The notes under the pieces were generated by a model that was not told where the DNA came from, did no database searches, and worked only from the letters and a program-made list of their open reading frames with translations. The translations under genes were made by a program, and so were the position numbers. Below are positions 1 through 10,312 of a DNA stretch of 64,000 nucleotides, piece by piece. The number at the start of each line of letters is the position of its first letter. The first letter of the stretch is position 1. The stretch comes from Armatimonadota bacterium (GTDB lineage: Bacteria; Armatimonadota; HRBIN16). The stretch spans positions 3,456,001 through 3,520,000 of the forward strand of contig OY781964.1 in the NCBI GenBank assembly GCA_963677485.1. The letters are read 5' to 3'.

Positions 1-2
1 GC

Positions 3-170
3 TCTGCGGCATCAAAGAAGCGCTTGGGAACCGCATCGCTGGATGAGCTGTATACGCAGATCGCTTTCAAGATGACCTCCATCGTGGTAGTTTGTATCTA
101 TAGGCCCAAAGATATTATGACATCTGCGGGAGGCGGTGACAGACCGCAGATAAGAGGTGAGCCGATATGA
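3..170 (+). CDS. possible 3' end of an unidentified upstream gene (partial)
   Basis: Frame 3 is open from the window start to TGA at 168-170, overlapping the next ATG (ATGA coupling). No recognisable motif. Confidence 0.3.
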   Translation, partial: SAASKKRLGTASLDELYTQIAFKMTSIVVVCIYRPKDIMTSAGGGDRPQIRGEPI

Positions 171-703
171 AGCTGGTGGATGAACTGATCTCGAGCGAGG
201 TGGTGTATACGGGGCGGGTGGTCACACTGCGCGTAGACACCGTGATGCTGCCGGATGGCCGTATCACCACGCGTGAGGTGATCGCGCACCGTGGTGCGGT
301 GGCGATTGTGCCGCTGCTGGATAATGGCCGTGTGGTGTTGATACGACAATACCGGCGGGCCGCGGATTCTGTGTTATTGGAGGTGCCTGCGGGCACGCTG
401 GAAGAGGGCGAGTACCCCGAGGATTGCGCCTATCGAGAACTGGCTGAAGAGACCGGCTACCGGACAGGCAAAATGACGAAACTGTTTCATCAATTTCTGG
501 CACCAGGATACAGCGCAGAGATTCTGCATGTCTATCTTGCGGAGAGTTTGGTGACCGGCAAGAAGAGCTTTGATGACGATGAGAATATTGAGGTTCTTCC
601 GGTCATGCTAAGCGATGTGCCGGGGATGATCAGCCGTGGTGAGATCGCCGATGCGAAGTCCATCGCTGCGCTGCTGATGACCATTCACCTGAAACAGCAG
701 TGA
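167..703 (+). CDS. NUDIX hydrolase, ADP-ribose pyrophosphatase (NudF)-like
   Basis: Nudix box GTLEEGEYPEDCAYRELAEETGY; REVIAHRGAVAIV, RQYR, APGYS and DDDENIEV are typical of ADPRases; GAGG RBS upstream. Confidence 0.9.
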   Translation: MKLVDELISSEVVYTGRVVTLRVDTVMLPDGRITTREVIAHRGAVAIVPLLDNGRVVLIRQYRRAADSVLLEVPAGTLEEGEYPEDCAYRELAEETGYRTGKMTKLFHQFLAPGYSAEILHVYLAESLVTGKKSFDDDENIEVLPVMLSDVPGMISRGEIADAKSIAALLMTIHLKQQ

Positions 704-777
704 TAACCACTTAGCCGTCAGATTGTCGTGCCAAGTTTGTGTTAAATATAGTCGCAACACCCTCATGCATCGCTACG

Positions 778-1007
778 GGCACCCACGAAGTGGGTAGCAG
801 TTCTTATAGCCAGGGGTGAGCGAAGCGATACCCCTCGAAAGCGGCGCGTCATTCATACCCCGAAGTGGGTCGCATCTATTCGCGGTAGCCGCTTTATCAA
901 GTCACCAAAGACGACCCACGTCGGGGTAGGCGGTTATCGGTTGCCTTCCACGGGTTGCGCTGGCGCTTACCCGTGGCTATAAGAATCTTACCCACTTCGT
1001 GGGTGCC
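778..1007. mobile_element. ~230-bp REP/MITE-like foldback element, copy 1
   Basis: Terminal inverted repeats GGCACCCACGAAGTGGGTAG..TTCTTATAGCC / GGCTATAAGAATCTTACCCACTTCGTGGGTGCC with nested internal hairpins. A related copy lies at 58861-59086. Confidence 0.75.
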
Positions 1008-1081
1008 GGAAGCTACAGCAGCATACTGATCGTAGACCGATGCACGATCATCGCCTGTGGCAGAGTAGTTACCAGCAGGAA

Positions 1082-1120
1082 TAAAAACAGAGGGACGCCT
1101 ATCCTCAGATTGGCGTCCCT
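1082..1120 (-). terminator. intrinsic terminator of the URO-D pair
   Basis: AGGGACGCC-N12-GGCGTCCCT stem followed on the minus strand by CTGTTTTTA. Confidence 0.7.
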
Positions 1121-1137
1121 GAGCGGTTAGTTACCGA

Positions 1138-2208
1138 CTACTCGTAGCTGCCTAGCTTTTTCGCCAGCTCCACGAATGCCCGAAAATCCTCCAGCGTGAC
1201 GCTGTCTGGTACGCTGTGGTCGCTGCTGCAGATGTATCCACCGTTTTGCTTGACCACCGGCAGAACCTTCTTCATCTCGGCTTCGAACCGGTCGCGATCA
1301 CCCCAGATGGCGGCGTTCAATCCGCCGTGCAGGGTGAGCACATCCCCATACTGCTGTTTAATGAGCACGGGATCCATGCCTGCTTTGACCTCGATGGGGT
1401 TCAAACCGTCCATGCCTATTTCGATCAGGTCTGGGATCAATGTGCGCACATCACCGCAGCTATGCAGCCGTGCGACGATACCGTGGTCATGGGCCCAGTC
1501 CACGGCTTTCTTATGGTAGGGCTTCAATAACCGGCGATACATAGCCGGTGAGAAGAAGGTGTGGCCCTTATAGCCCATATCGTCGCACCAGAACACCTCA
1601 TCAAAGTGGTAGCCCTCTTCCCAGACCCTATCCATCAACTTGAGGTTAACGGCCAGGAAGTGGTCAAACATATCTTCCAACCAGTCAGGATCATCGATCA
1701 GCGCCTCGAGAACTCGCTCTGTGCCGACCGTCCAGCTATGGGTGATGTCAAATCCGAACCACAGGTTGCCGCTGATCCATCGGCCTTCATCGCGCCATTT
1801 GGAGAAGTTTTGCTTCAGATAGTCCCATGGGATACGGGCCTCATCAGGGGTCATGCGCACTTTGGCCTCTTGCCATGAGGCGGGGTCTACGATGGTGAAG
1901 TCCAGGAACTCCGGCACGCTGCCTGCATGCTTCCAGTTTCGCATGGTCACACCGTAGGCACTGGTCACGATGGTGTATTGCTCCGTGTCCTCAATCACTT
2001 TGACAGGATATTGCGGGCTGATGTCGATGCCGATCATGGCGGTCTTGTCGATATCAAAGTAGTCGACGAAGTCCACATCCACAGGCATGCCTTGCTGCTG
2101 CCAGTGCTCAATGGTCGAGCCCCAGGGGCCGTCAATAATGGGGATGCGGTCGGCTTCTTTATGTGCAAACATGCGCTTGAAGCGTTCGTGGGAACTCAGT
2201 GGAGTCAT
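1138..2208 (-). CDS. uroporphyrinogen decarboxylase (URO-D/MtaA-CmuA) family protein
   Basis: Motifs DRIP, CDDMG, LHSCG, GLNPIE, LHGG, SSDHSVP. Confidence 0.85.
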   Translation of the reverse strand: MTPLSSHERFKRMFAHKEADRIPIIDGPWGSTIEHWQQQGMPVDVDFVDYFDIDKTAMIGIDISPQYPVKVIEDTEQYTIVTSAYGVTMRNWKHAGSVPEFLDFTIVDPASWQEAKVRMTPDEARIPWDYLKQNFSKWRDEGRWISGNLWFGFDITHSWTVGTERVLEALIDDPDWLEDMFDHFLAVNLKLMDRVWEEGYHFDEVFWCDDMGYKGHTFFSPAMYRRLLKPYHKKAVDWAHDHGIVARLHSCGDVRTLIPDLIEIGMDGLNPIEVKAGMDPVLIKQQYGDVLTLHGGLNAAIWGDRDRFEAEMKKVLPVVKQNGGYICSSDHSVPDSVTLEDFRAFVELAKKLGSYE

Positions 2209-2211
2209 ATG

Positions 2212-3372
2212 CTAATACCTTCCGTATTTTAATGAGGCCTCATACATCGCATTGATGTTAGCGATAGGGGTGTTGGGTGCCAGGTTGTTGCCTTCACGCA
2301 GAACGAACTTGCCACCCTCTTTGACGCCTGACTCCAGAATGCGCTTACATTCTGCGTCGATCTGTTCTGGTGAGGCGTTGATCAGCATGGGCACACTGGG
2401 GCCGCCCATGATCTCAACATCGGGGCCAAGCTGCTTTCGGGCGAGGGCATGATCAAATGGGAAACCAGTATCGATGGTGACCAGATTGAGCTCCTTCTTG
2501 AGGGTAGGCAGATGACGCTGTACGTTGCCGCACAGGTGGATGCCCATCTTGGCATCAGCACTCCATAGCGCCTCTTTCAGACGCTTGTGGTAAGGCAGCA
2601 CCATCTCGGTGTACATCTCAGTAGAAATCAACTCAATACTGTCATCCGCAAAGCCGCCCATATTCGGATCGACAGGCAGCTCGTACTGCTTGCGATACTC
2701 CAAGATTCGGGCGATCGTGGCTTCGGTGACAAAACTGAGCAGTTGATGGGCATAATCTGGGTCCTCAAGCATATCTATTGCGAAGGCACTGGCTCCGCGC
2801 AGATTGCAGCAGAGTGTCATGGGGCCGTCTGTGCCTGTCCCACAAGGAGTGACATTTATGATGGGGCGACCAGCATATTCGAAGCCCTCGTACTGCATAC
2901 GCAGCATGGAGACGTAATGATGCTGGTTCTTTTTAGACCAGGGTTGTTCTTTAGGGCTTGGCAGACCTTTATCAAACAGCATGTTTTTCGTGTCATCGGT
3001 CAGCAGGGTGTCCACGTCAGGCACCTGGCTTGGGTGGAAGTTCACATTGGCACCAAACCAGGCGGTCTCAAACACATTCTGAAAGTCTACCCGCACATCC
3101 CAGCCGTTTTTGGGTAAGCCCATTTCGTGGTCGTAGAGCAGGTTGAATCTCAGCCAGAGTTCATTTTCTATCTGGCGAATGACCATAATTTTAGGGTCAC
3201 TGCAGTATTGTTCGAAGGTGAAGCCGTTGACGTTCACCTCTGGCATATTCATAGTCAGCCGCGGGTTAATGCCCAAAATCACAGGAGTCTTAATCGGCTT
3301 TCCTTGTTGATAACTCTTCCAAACATCCGAAACATAGTTGTTGTGTTCTTCAAAATCACGGGTGTATATCAT
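2212..3372 (-). CDS. uroporphyrinogen decarboxylase (URO-D/MtaA-CmuA) family protein
   Basis: GPMT..NLRG, FADDS, IHLCG, IDTG, GNNLAPNTP. Start moved to MIYTRD (3372), which has an AGAGGT RBS. Confidence 0.8.
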   Translation of the reverse strand: MIYTRDFEEHNNYVSDVWKSYQQGKPIKTPVILGINPRLTMNMPEVNVNGFTFEQYCSDPKIMVIRQIENELWLRFNLLYDHEMGLPKNGWDVRVDFQNVFETAWFGANVNFHPSQVPDVDTLLTDDTKNMLFDKGLPSPKEQPWSKKNQHHYVSMLRMQYEGFEYAGRPIINVTPCGTGTDGPMTLCCNLRGASAFAIDMLEDPDYAHQLLSFVTEATIARILEYRKQYELPVDPNMGGFADDSIELISTEMYTEMVLPYHKRLKEALWSADAKMGIHLCGNVQRHLPTLKKELNLVTIDTGFPFDHALARKQLGPDVEIMGGPSVPMLINASPEQIDAECKRILESGVKEGGKFVLREGNNLAPNTPIANINAMYEASLKYGRY

Positions 3373-3577
3373 ATTGCACCTCTCTATTCGCGCTTGGTTC
3401 GTTGCATCGTCGGCCGATATTACGGCTTTCTGATGCATTATAGATGGAATAGGTCGGAGTACACAAGGCCGTATAACGTATTTGTGATAGTATTTCGGAC
3501 ATAGTTCATCACAGCACTCAATACTTCAATATATGGGGCAACCATCGTTATGAGATCACTGATGTTAAAATACTCAT

Positions 3578-4648
3578 ATGGAAGAAAAACAGCTTTATTC
3601 GCGCGGTGCAGACCGTATGGAAGCCATCATGGCTTCTGTCTTGTTAGTGGTTGTAGGGGCTGTATACATCGTTTATAGCATGATGTTCATCCCGAAGATC
3701 ATGAGGTACTCCGTTCATGTTTCCCTACTGAGTGCGTTAGCCACAACCCCCATCATTCTAGGCTATATGGGGTTGGCCCTTTCGCTTGGTGTTGGTATCA
3801 GCCAGAGATGGTGGCAGCAGTTAGTGACGAGAAAGCCAATCTGCGTATGGATTGCACCAGTTACTCTCTGGTGCTTATACGAGTTATTCGCCATCCCGAC
3901 GGGGCACTTTGAGCTGAAGGCCGCTTCGATACTGGCTGTTTATGTCTTTCTCCCGGTGTTCCTGGCCACCTTGAAGCGTAACTGGGCAGACTGGATGATT
4001 GTGGTGGTGATAGCCTTACCGCTGATCTACAAGGACTGGTTGTTCTTAGCTAGGCTCCCTGCGGAGAAGGGCGTGAACCCCAGGGAGATATGCTCTATCA
4101 CCATGTTCTTGTGGTCCATGCTGGTGGTCCGACGATTGCCTGGGCTGGACTTCCGGTTGTGGCTGCCTCGGTCAGAGATCAAATATGGCATCAAGATGCT
4201 GGGTGTGGCGATGTTGATTCTGCTGCCGCCGGGAGTGTTGTTTGGCTTCCTTAAATGGAACCCGTTTCAAATGCAGATATCACTCTATCACACCACCAAC
4301 TACCTGGTGACGGCTGGTGTGCATCTCTTGCTGCCTTTAGGCATGTATCTGGCCGTGGCGATTCCTGAAGAGCTGGTTTTCCGGGGCACCCTGCAGAACC
4401 TGTTGGCCCAGAGCACGAAACGGCCATGGCTGGCACTGGTGATCGTATCGATACTTTTCGGTCTGTCACACCTGCCATCGAATGTGGATGGACGGCCGAT
4501 ATCTTACAGCGTCTTCTACGGCTTAATGAGCTGCGCTGCGGGAGCTATCTACGGCTACACCTATATGAAGCGCGGAGGGATCGTAGCGGCATGTGTGGTG
4601 CATGCGCTGGTCGATTCCGTGTGGCTGACGTTCTTTAACCCGAAATGA
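3578..4648 (+). CDS. CPBP (Abi/CAAX) family intramembrane metalloprotease
   Basis: Multi-TM protein with EELVFRG, FGLSH and HALVD motifs. Confidence 0.85.
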   Translation: MEEKQLYSRGADRMEAIMASVLLVVVGAVYIVYSMMFIPKIMRYSVHVSLLSALATTPIILGYMGLALSLGVGISQRWWQQLVTRKPICVWIAPVTLWCLYELFAIPTGHFELKAASILAVYVFLPVFLATLKRNWADWMIVVVIALPLIYKDWLFLARLPAEKGVNPREICSITMFLWSMLVVRRLPGLDFRLWLPRSEIKYGIKMLGVAMLILLPPGVLFGFLKWNPFQMQISLYHTTNYLVTAGVHLLLPLGMYLAVAIPEELVFRGTLQNLLAQSTKRPWLALVIVSILFGLSHLPSNVDGRPISYSVFYGLMSCAAGAIYGYTYMKRGGIVAACVVHALVDSVWLTFFNPK

Positions 4649-4655
4649 GGCAGCA

Positions 4656-5195
4656 ATGAATAACCCCTGGCAAACCCTGAGCGTGAAGGCGATATACGAG
4701 AATCTCTGGATCAGTTTGAGCGAAGCTCAGGTGATCAACCCCAACGGTGGTGCTGGCATCTACGGGGTGGTGCACTTCAAGAACAAAGCCATCGGCGTGC
4801 TGCCCATCGATGACCAGGGGTATACCTGGCTGGTGGGTCAGTATAGGTATGCGACCGATGAGTATAGCTGGGAGCTGCCCGAGGGCGGTGGTCCCCTGAA
4901 TGAACCACCTCTGGCGTCTGCACAGCGTGAGCTACGTGAAGAAACAGGCATCATCGCCCAGCAGTGGCGTGAAATACTGCAGATGAAAATCAGCAACAGC
5001 GTGACCGATGAGCACTGCTATGTCTTCCTGGCCCAGGGATTGAGCCTGGGTCCGACCGATGAGGAAGAATGCGAACAGTTGCATCTGCGGCGGCTACCGT
5101 TGTCGGAGGCCATCGAGATGGTGCTGCGAGGTGAGATCATGGATAGCATCAGCGTAGCCACACTTCTCTGGGCCCGCGTGCAGGGGCTGGGGTAG
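4656..5195 (+). CDS. NUDIX hydrolase
   Basis: Nudix box ELPEGG...AQRELREETG; GQYRY. Confidence 0.9.
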   Translation: MNNPWQTLSVKAIYENLWISLSEAQVINPNGGAGIYGVVHFKNKAIGVLPIDDQGYTWLVGQYRYATDEYSWELPEGGGPLNEPPLASAQRELREETGIIAQQWREILQMKISNSVTDEHCYVFLAQGLSLGPTDEEECEQLHLRRLPLSEAIEMVLRGEIMDSISVATLLWARVQGLG

Positions 5196-5251
5196 AGAAA
5201 AGCCTCACTTCAACCAGGATTACTTTCAGGTGCCGGATCATGACTAAAGTA

Positions 5252-5288
5252 GAAGGCTCCCCTGCGTAGAATTGGCAGGGGAGCCTTC
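5252..5288. terminator. hairpin between convergent genes, probable terminator
   Basis: GAAGGCTCCCCTGC-N9-GCAGGGGAGCCTTC, a 14-bp stem. Confidence 0.65.
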
Positions 5289-5295
5289 ATGGTTC

Positions 5296-6552
5296 TTAGC
5301 CTCGGCGGGGACCGATGCCGTGCAGCGGCCGTGAGGTATGGGCGGGTGTGATGTCGCAAGGGTAGGCATACGATGCCCCTACCTGACGCACATCCACGAA
5401 CTGCCGCGTCTCGGCGGATTCTTTCGCCGCCAGGCAGGCATACACGCTCTGTAGACCGTCCCATATGGTGACCCGAGGCTCCGCATCACCGTTGATCACG
5501 TCAATGAAGCTGTAAGCCAGTTCGCGGTCGCCGCCGCCATGGCCCGTACCGGGTTCGAGGCGGCTCACCGAAGATTCGGGTGAGTGATGATGCACCAGCT
5601 TAAGATCGTTGGTGGCCCAGTCGAAGCTGATGGTACCGTTGTATCCGCTGACCACTGCGCCTCGGGAGCCCGCATCGCGCCGTGTGAAGAAGACCTGTGT
5701 GTAAACGCCCATTGTGCCGTTGGCAAATGTGAGCAGCGCACTGGAGCAGTCCTCATTCATCCCCGTTTCAGGTGAGCCGATATCTTCCGAGAAGAGGCAG
5801 GCATGCTCAGCCCATGTGTGTCCGGGCGAGCAGTTCCTCATGCGGTTCTGCAGACTCTCGGTACACTGCCGTGCTTCTGTGCAGTCCTCACAACGAAGCC
5901 CAGCGGGTTTCTTACCACCATACACGCGTCCCAGGGAGTGCGTTGCGGCGATCTTCACGATCGGCGAACCCATCAAGAAGCTGGAGTAGTCGAGGTCGTG
6001 CGTTGCCTTTTGGAGGAACAGCCCTTGGGTCACCGAGTAGTCACGGTAGAAGTCGCCGAAATAGACCGTTCCGTAGTTCACATAGTTGGTGGCCAGGATA
6101 TGTTGCGGGCGGCCTACAGCACCATCTAGAATGTGGTTGCGGGCGACGATGCAGTGCTGCGTCAGGCGGAGCGGGAAGCTCACTACCGCCTTGCATCGGG
6201 TGTTTGTGAAGGCCTCTTCCAGTTGCAAAGCCTGCTCAACCGATATGGAGACTGGCTTCTCTAGATAAAGCGGCAGGTCGTATTTGGCGGCCTGTATGGC
6301 ATAGGGGGTGTGCATACTGCATCTGGTGCCGATGAGCAATGCGTCGACCTTGCCCGACCTTACCATCTCGTCCAGAGTGTCGTAGAAGACCACTCCCTCC
6401 CTTTGATCTTCGGGAAGTCGAGACTTTGCAGCCTCTTGATTGATATCTACCATTGCTGTGACGCGGATGGTGGGATCCACAGCAAGCAGTTCGCTATTGA
6501 ATAATCCAGCGGCTCTAAAGCCGAAACCAACGATGCCAAGTCTGATCATCAT
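5296..6552 (-). CDS. Gfo/Idh/MocA family oxidoreductase
   Basis: N-terminal GIVGFG Rossmann motif, LEKP, KATHDLD, GHGGGD; Cys insert CEDC...C. Confidence 0.9.
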   Translation of the reverse strand: MMIRLGIVGFGFRAAGLFNSELLAVDPTIRVTAMVDINQEAAKSRLPEDQREGVVFYDTLDEMVRSGKVDALLIGTRCSMHTPYAIQAAKYDLPLYLEKPVSISVEQALQLEEAFTNTRCKAVVSFPLRLTQHCIVARNHILDGAVGRPQHILATNYVNYGTVYFGDFYRDYSVTQGLFLQKATHDLDYSSFLMGSPIVKIAATHSLGRVYGGKKPAGLRCEDCTEARQCTESLQNRMRNCSPGHTWAEHACLFSEDIGSPETGMNEDCSSALLTFANGTMGVYTQVFFTRRDAGSRGAVVSGYNGTISFDWATNDLKLVHHHSPESSVSRLEPGTGHGGGDRELAYSFIDVINGDAEPRVTIWDGLQSVYACLAAKESAETRQFVDVRQVGASYAYPCDITPAHTSRPLHGIGPRRG

Positions 6553-6723
6553 GACTCCTTACGGTTCTTTTAGTCGCCCATGTGATTTGGACGAGTTTGT
6601 TACATCATAATGCAGTCTGAAGCAGATGGCAAGTATAGGGCCGATGACTTAATGGTGAGGGGTGTCGCGGCGCGTGATCATGTGTCGCAGATATTGACAG
6701 GATCCGTGATCTTAATATACACA

Positions 6724-6752
6724 ACGCGCGCTGGAGATAGCCAGCGCGCGTT
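6724..6752. terminator. hairpin downstream of the repeat-protein gene
   Basis: AACGCGCGCTGG / CCAGCGCGCGTT inverted repeat with a short loop. Confidence 0.55.
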
Positions 6753-6803
6753 AGATATTGCGTATCCGAATGGCGGGATGCGACAGACGGGCAGTTCCCA
6801 TGG

Positions 6804-8291
6804 TTATTCTGTCATGTCAAGCAGATACGGCAGTTTGTAGTTTTCGGGAAGGGTATCTACTGTGTACTGGCGTTCCAGCTCCTGGTGGTCTTTGTAATTC
6901 TCAAGTGGCAAACTGAGTTTGTCGCCCACCTTGGTTTTCGATACGTCGGTCTTCTGACCCTGCAGAATGCCCCATCTGGCGATGCGAAGCTTGTCGCCCT
7001 TTTTGATATTCAACAGGCTGCCCTTGTTGACGCTGAGCACCTCTACCTCTTCGGTCACAATAGCGTGTTTGTACGGCAGTATCTTGTCAGGCTCCGGTGT
7101 GGCGGTCACAGCCAGCACCTTCACCGTGACCGTGATCTGCTTCACCGAGGAGGTATTCAAATCGGCTGGTGCAGATGGCGATGACGGCCCATAATTATTA
7201 GGCACAACAGGTGTTACAGGTTCTACTGGGGTGACAGGCTCCACCGGGGTGACCGTCTCATCTGGCTTGACGGGCTCCACCGGCGTGACAGTCTCGTCTG
7301 GCTTGACAGGCTCCACCGGCGTGACCGTCTCATCTGGCTTGACCGGCTCTACAGGTGTGACTGTCTCGTCTGGCTTAACTGGCTCCACCGGCGTGACCGT
7401 CTCGTCTGGCTTGACTGGCTCCACCGGCGTGACAGTCTCCACCGGCGTGACAGTCTCGTCTGGCTTAACTGGCTCCACCGGCGTGACCGTCTCGTCTGGC
7501 TCCACCGGCGTGACAGTCTCGTCTGGCTTGACAGGCTCTACAGGAGTGACCGTCTCGTCTGGCTTGACGGGCTCCACTGGCGTGACAGTCCCATCGGGCT
7601 GATTAGGCTGCGGTTCGCTTGGGTTGACGTCCGTAGGCTGAGTAGGGTCAACCACTGGTTCGGGTTCAACCGGTTTTGTCGGTTTCACAGAACCATTCTT
7701 TACTGTTGGCGCTATGTTGTTTCCTGTGTCAGAGGGTAATGTACTATCGGCTTCGGTTGTGGTTTCAGATGGTGATGATGTGCCTGTATGGTCGCTTTTG
7801 GGCTCTGATGCCAGTTCAATCTGCTTCAGGTTGAGTACCTTGGCATATGCGATCGCGCTGTTATACTCTCCCAGCCAACTGTTCAGCTTAATGGGCACAA
7901 CACCGTTGAACTGCATGGGCGAGACCGCCAGCGACGCTGCCAGCGAGTTATTGTAATAACTGCGCAGAGTCTGGCCATCGTAGCTGAGGGCCACCTTGGT
8001 GGTGACACCGATTGAAGCGGAGCCAGAGGCCAGTTTTACCCACTTGCCTGGTGTTTTCGCGATGAACCAGGTGAACTCTTCTTTTCCATGACCCAACAGC
8101 ATTTTGTTACCTGCCGCCAGAAGGCTATCGACCTTGGCGGGGGTGCCAGTAGGGGTGATCTGGAGTATCAGCGTGAAGGGTTTGCCTACCTGCATACGCT
8201 TCTGCGATGTGGTGCTTGCTGGAGCGCATATGGCACTGCTCGTATAGGATGCAAGTAGTGCTGCACTGACTAGATATGTTAAATGCCTCAC
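6804..8291 (-). CDS. secreted protein: LamG-like N-terminal domain, Pro/Val/Thr/Glu tandem-repeat stalk, conserved C-terminal beta domain
   Basis: Signal peptide; [15 protein letters not shown] resembles LamG/ConA; ([12 protein letters not shown])n repeats; GTG start. Confidence 0.7.
   Translation of the reverse strand: MRHLTYLVSAALLASYTSSAICAPASTTSQKRMQVGKPFTLILQITPTGTPAKVDSLLAAGNKMLLGHGKEEFTWFIAKTPGKWVKLASGSASIGVTTKVALSYDGQTLRSYYNNSLAASLAVSPMQFNGVVPIKLNSWLGEYNSAIAYAKVLNLKQIELASEPKSDHTGTSSPSETTTEADSTLPSDTGNNIAPTVKNGSVKPTKPVEPEPVVDPTQPTDVNPSEPQPNQPDGTVTPVEPVKPDETVTPVEPVKPDETVTPVEPDETVTPVEPVKPDETVTPVETVTPVEPVKPDETVTPVEPVKPDETVTPVEPVKPDETVTPVEPVKPDETVTPVEPVKPDETVTPVEPVTPVEPVTPVVPNNYGPSSPSAPADLNTSSVKQITVTVKVLAVTATPEPDKILPYKHAIVTEEVEVLSVNKGSLLNIKKGDKLRIARWGILQGQKTDVSKTKVGDKLSLPLENYKDHQELERQYTVDTLPENYKLPYLLDMTE
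7200..7590 (-). repeat. coding 36-nt tandem repeat ([12 protein letters not shown])
   Basis: Eight full 12-aa units, two internally deleted units and degenerate ends. Units differ at synonymous positions. Confidence 0.95.
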
Positions 8292-8295
8292 GTTG

Positions 8296-10050
8296 TTACC
8301 TCCAACTTACCGAATCGATGATGAGATCACGCTTTCCGACATCGAAAAAGAGTGCATCCACTAGCTTTAGGTTTCTAACCATATTCAGAGGGATGGCATA
8401 TTCGTGCCAGCCTGTAGACATGGTAGCCGAATCGGACAGGATTGGTATTTTTGTGTAATACCTGCGTTCATGGTCCAGCCAGTATGATGATTCACACGTC
8501 ATGTAGAGCGTGAGTGGGCCGGGTTTACCGTCGCCATAGAGCCAAAACCGCAGCTCCTTTGGGTTGTTCCACAGGAAGGGCTCTATGTTCATGAGCTTGA
8601 TGGTGCCGTCCTGGAAGGGTTTAATTTTGGCGGCCGCCTGTCCGTCGTGGCCGGTCACGAAACTAATGCTGCCGACCGATACATACAGGTCAGATCGGTC
8701 TTCAAAGTCGAACAGCATGTTGGGATACACCGCATTGGCCTGTGTGACGCCCAGTTTCGCGGGATCAATAAGCTGCGGGGTGTTCGCGATGCTGCCAAAT
8801 TGTTTGGTCTCTATCTGTGCAACAGCGTAAACCGGTATGGCGGGATCATAAACTGGGATGCTGTATTCGTAACGGCTGCTTGATTTTGTGGCCTCAGCGC
8901 GATGCCATGTGCGGCCTGTCCAGTCACCTGGCTTGCCGTAACTATACAGCACCTCCGCATGCATGATTGTGTCGGTGCTGTTATGGGCAAATGCATAGAC
9001 AAGTTTGCCGTCTTTCGCGGTGACGAGCCCAGATGAGATACCGGGCGGTTTCACACGGCCATTTTGGTAATAGTCTGTGAATGGGCCGATGGCCCGAAAC
9101 TCGTTACGCGAGGTGTTTGCGTGGTATCTATTGGGAGCCACACAGAGTTGCTTCGGGCTGCGGACACTATTCATGAATTCGATGAGCCCATCGAGTGTGG
9201 CGAAATAGTCTGTGAGAGCAATGCACACAATGATTGGCTTGCTGCCATAGGCCGCGTAAGCCGACGGTGCATACATGTCATAAAGTTTTCGGGTCTTGAT
9301 GCGGCTTGGAATTCCGCCTGAGTAGCCCTGTTCATCCGCATAGTAGCCGGTGCTGTGCCATGTGACATAGCAGGAAGGCCGGTCATCAATGGCGTGCAAG
9401 AGTGCTGTGATATATCCTGCCCAGCTATATCCAGACATGGCTAAGCGGTTCATGTTGACATCAGGGCGGGTGGCTAGATAGTCGATTCCCCTGGTGAGGG
9501 CCACGACGTGGTGATACACCCAGCTCTGCTTCGGATCGTCCATAAAGTCGTTTTGTATTGGCTGACCGCCAATGGACTCGGGCTTGGATTCATCCGTGTT
9601 GCCGTCAGGGGCACACACAGAGAAACCCATGAACCCAAAACTGGCATCTTCTTTACGTGGTTCTGCCCCGACGAAGCGGGCCAGCATGTTCACTGGCAGG
9701 TTTCGTCCACCTTTAGGGTAACTCAGGTATGCGAACACCTTGATGCCAGGTTCACTGGTGTATCTTATTTGTTCTGTTACGATGTTCCCGTCTACCGTTT
9801 TGCTTATGGTCTGTGGCTCTAAGGGCACCGCGTGGATGGCCTTCAAGTCAAAGATCCCCACCTTACCATCGACTGGCTTAAGCGGAGGCTCAGTGGTAGC
9901 ACAGAGGGCGGGCACAGCAAGGGCCGCCACGGCAATAGCACTCATGATGAGGCGGGTGATGAACCCATGCCGCGCGCGAGTTGAGAGTTCATGGCTCAAC
10001 TGCATTTCCTCCAGTATTTGATTTCGCATACTAAATATGACGCGAAACAC
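8296..10050 (-). CDS. secreted alpha/beta-hydrolase (acetylxylan esterase-like) with C-terminal CBM-like domain; true start probably downstream, near MSAIAV
   Basis: Nucleophile elbow GYSWAG; RGIDYLATRPDV; C-terminal FDFED...LRFWLYGDG...GWHEYAIPL resembles a CBM11-like sandwich. Confidence 0.7.
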   Translation of the reverse strand: MFRVIFSMRNQILEEMQLSHELSTRARHGFITRLIMSAIAVAALAVPALCATTEPPLKPVDGKVGIFDLKAIHAVPLEPQTISKTVDGNIVTEQIRYTSEPGIKVFAYLSYPKGGRNLPVNMLARFVGAEPRKEDASFGFMGFSVCAPDGNTDESKPESIGGQPIQNDFMDDPKQSWVYHHVVALTRGIDYLATRPDVNMNRLAMSGYSWAGYITALLHAIDDRPSCYVTWHSTGYYADEQGYSGGIPSRIKTRKLYDMYAPSAYAAYGSKPIIVCIALTDYFATLDGLIEFMNSVRSPKQLCVAPNRYHANTSRNEFRAIGPFTDYYQNGRVKPPGISSGLVTAKDGKLVYAFAHNSTDTIMHAEVLYSYGKPGDWTGRTWHRAEATKSSSRYEYSIPVYDPAIPVYAVAQIETKQFGSIANTPQLIDPAKLGVTQANAVYPNMLFDFEDRSDLYVSVGSISFVTGHDGQAAAKIKPFQDGTIKLMNIEPFLWNNPKELRFWLYGDGKPGPLTLYMTCESSYWLDHERRYYTKIPILSDSATMSTGWHEYAIPLNMVRNLKLVDALFFDVGKRDLIIDSVSWR

Positions 10051-10312
10051 CTCTCAGTTAGTATCATGCCAAAGAGGCGATTTTTGGTATCTCACCGTGC
10101 ATATTATACCTGTCACGAACAGACTCTATATGTATAAGGGCAGCATATTAGTGTTGGCTGCGATCGTCAGCCAATAAATAAGGATATAGATCGACGAAGG
10201 CCTGCCGATGAATGGTAAAATGGCAACGTGTCCGAATTCTACAGGCGTGGCCTCAGTGAGTCATTTCATCATGGCATCTAGTCAACAATGAGCAGCAATG
10301 TGGTGAATAGGC

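Noticed and set aside
3578-4648. Abortive-infection phage defence gene
   Set aside because: CPBP/Abi is a membrane protease family name; no defence context is present.
6694-6752. Plus-strand promoter for a small RNA
   Set aside because: TTGACA is present but the -10 match is poor, and the hairpin is explained as the terminator of the minus-strand gene.
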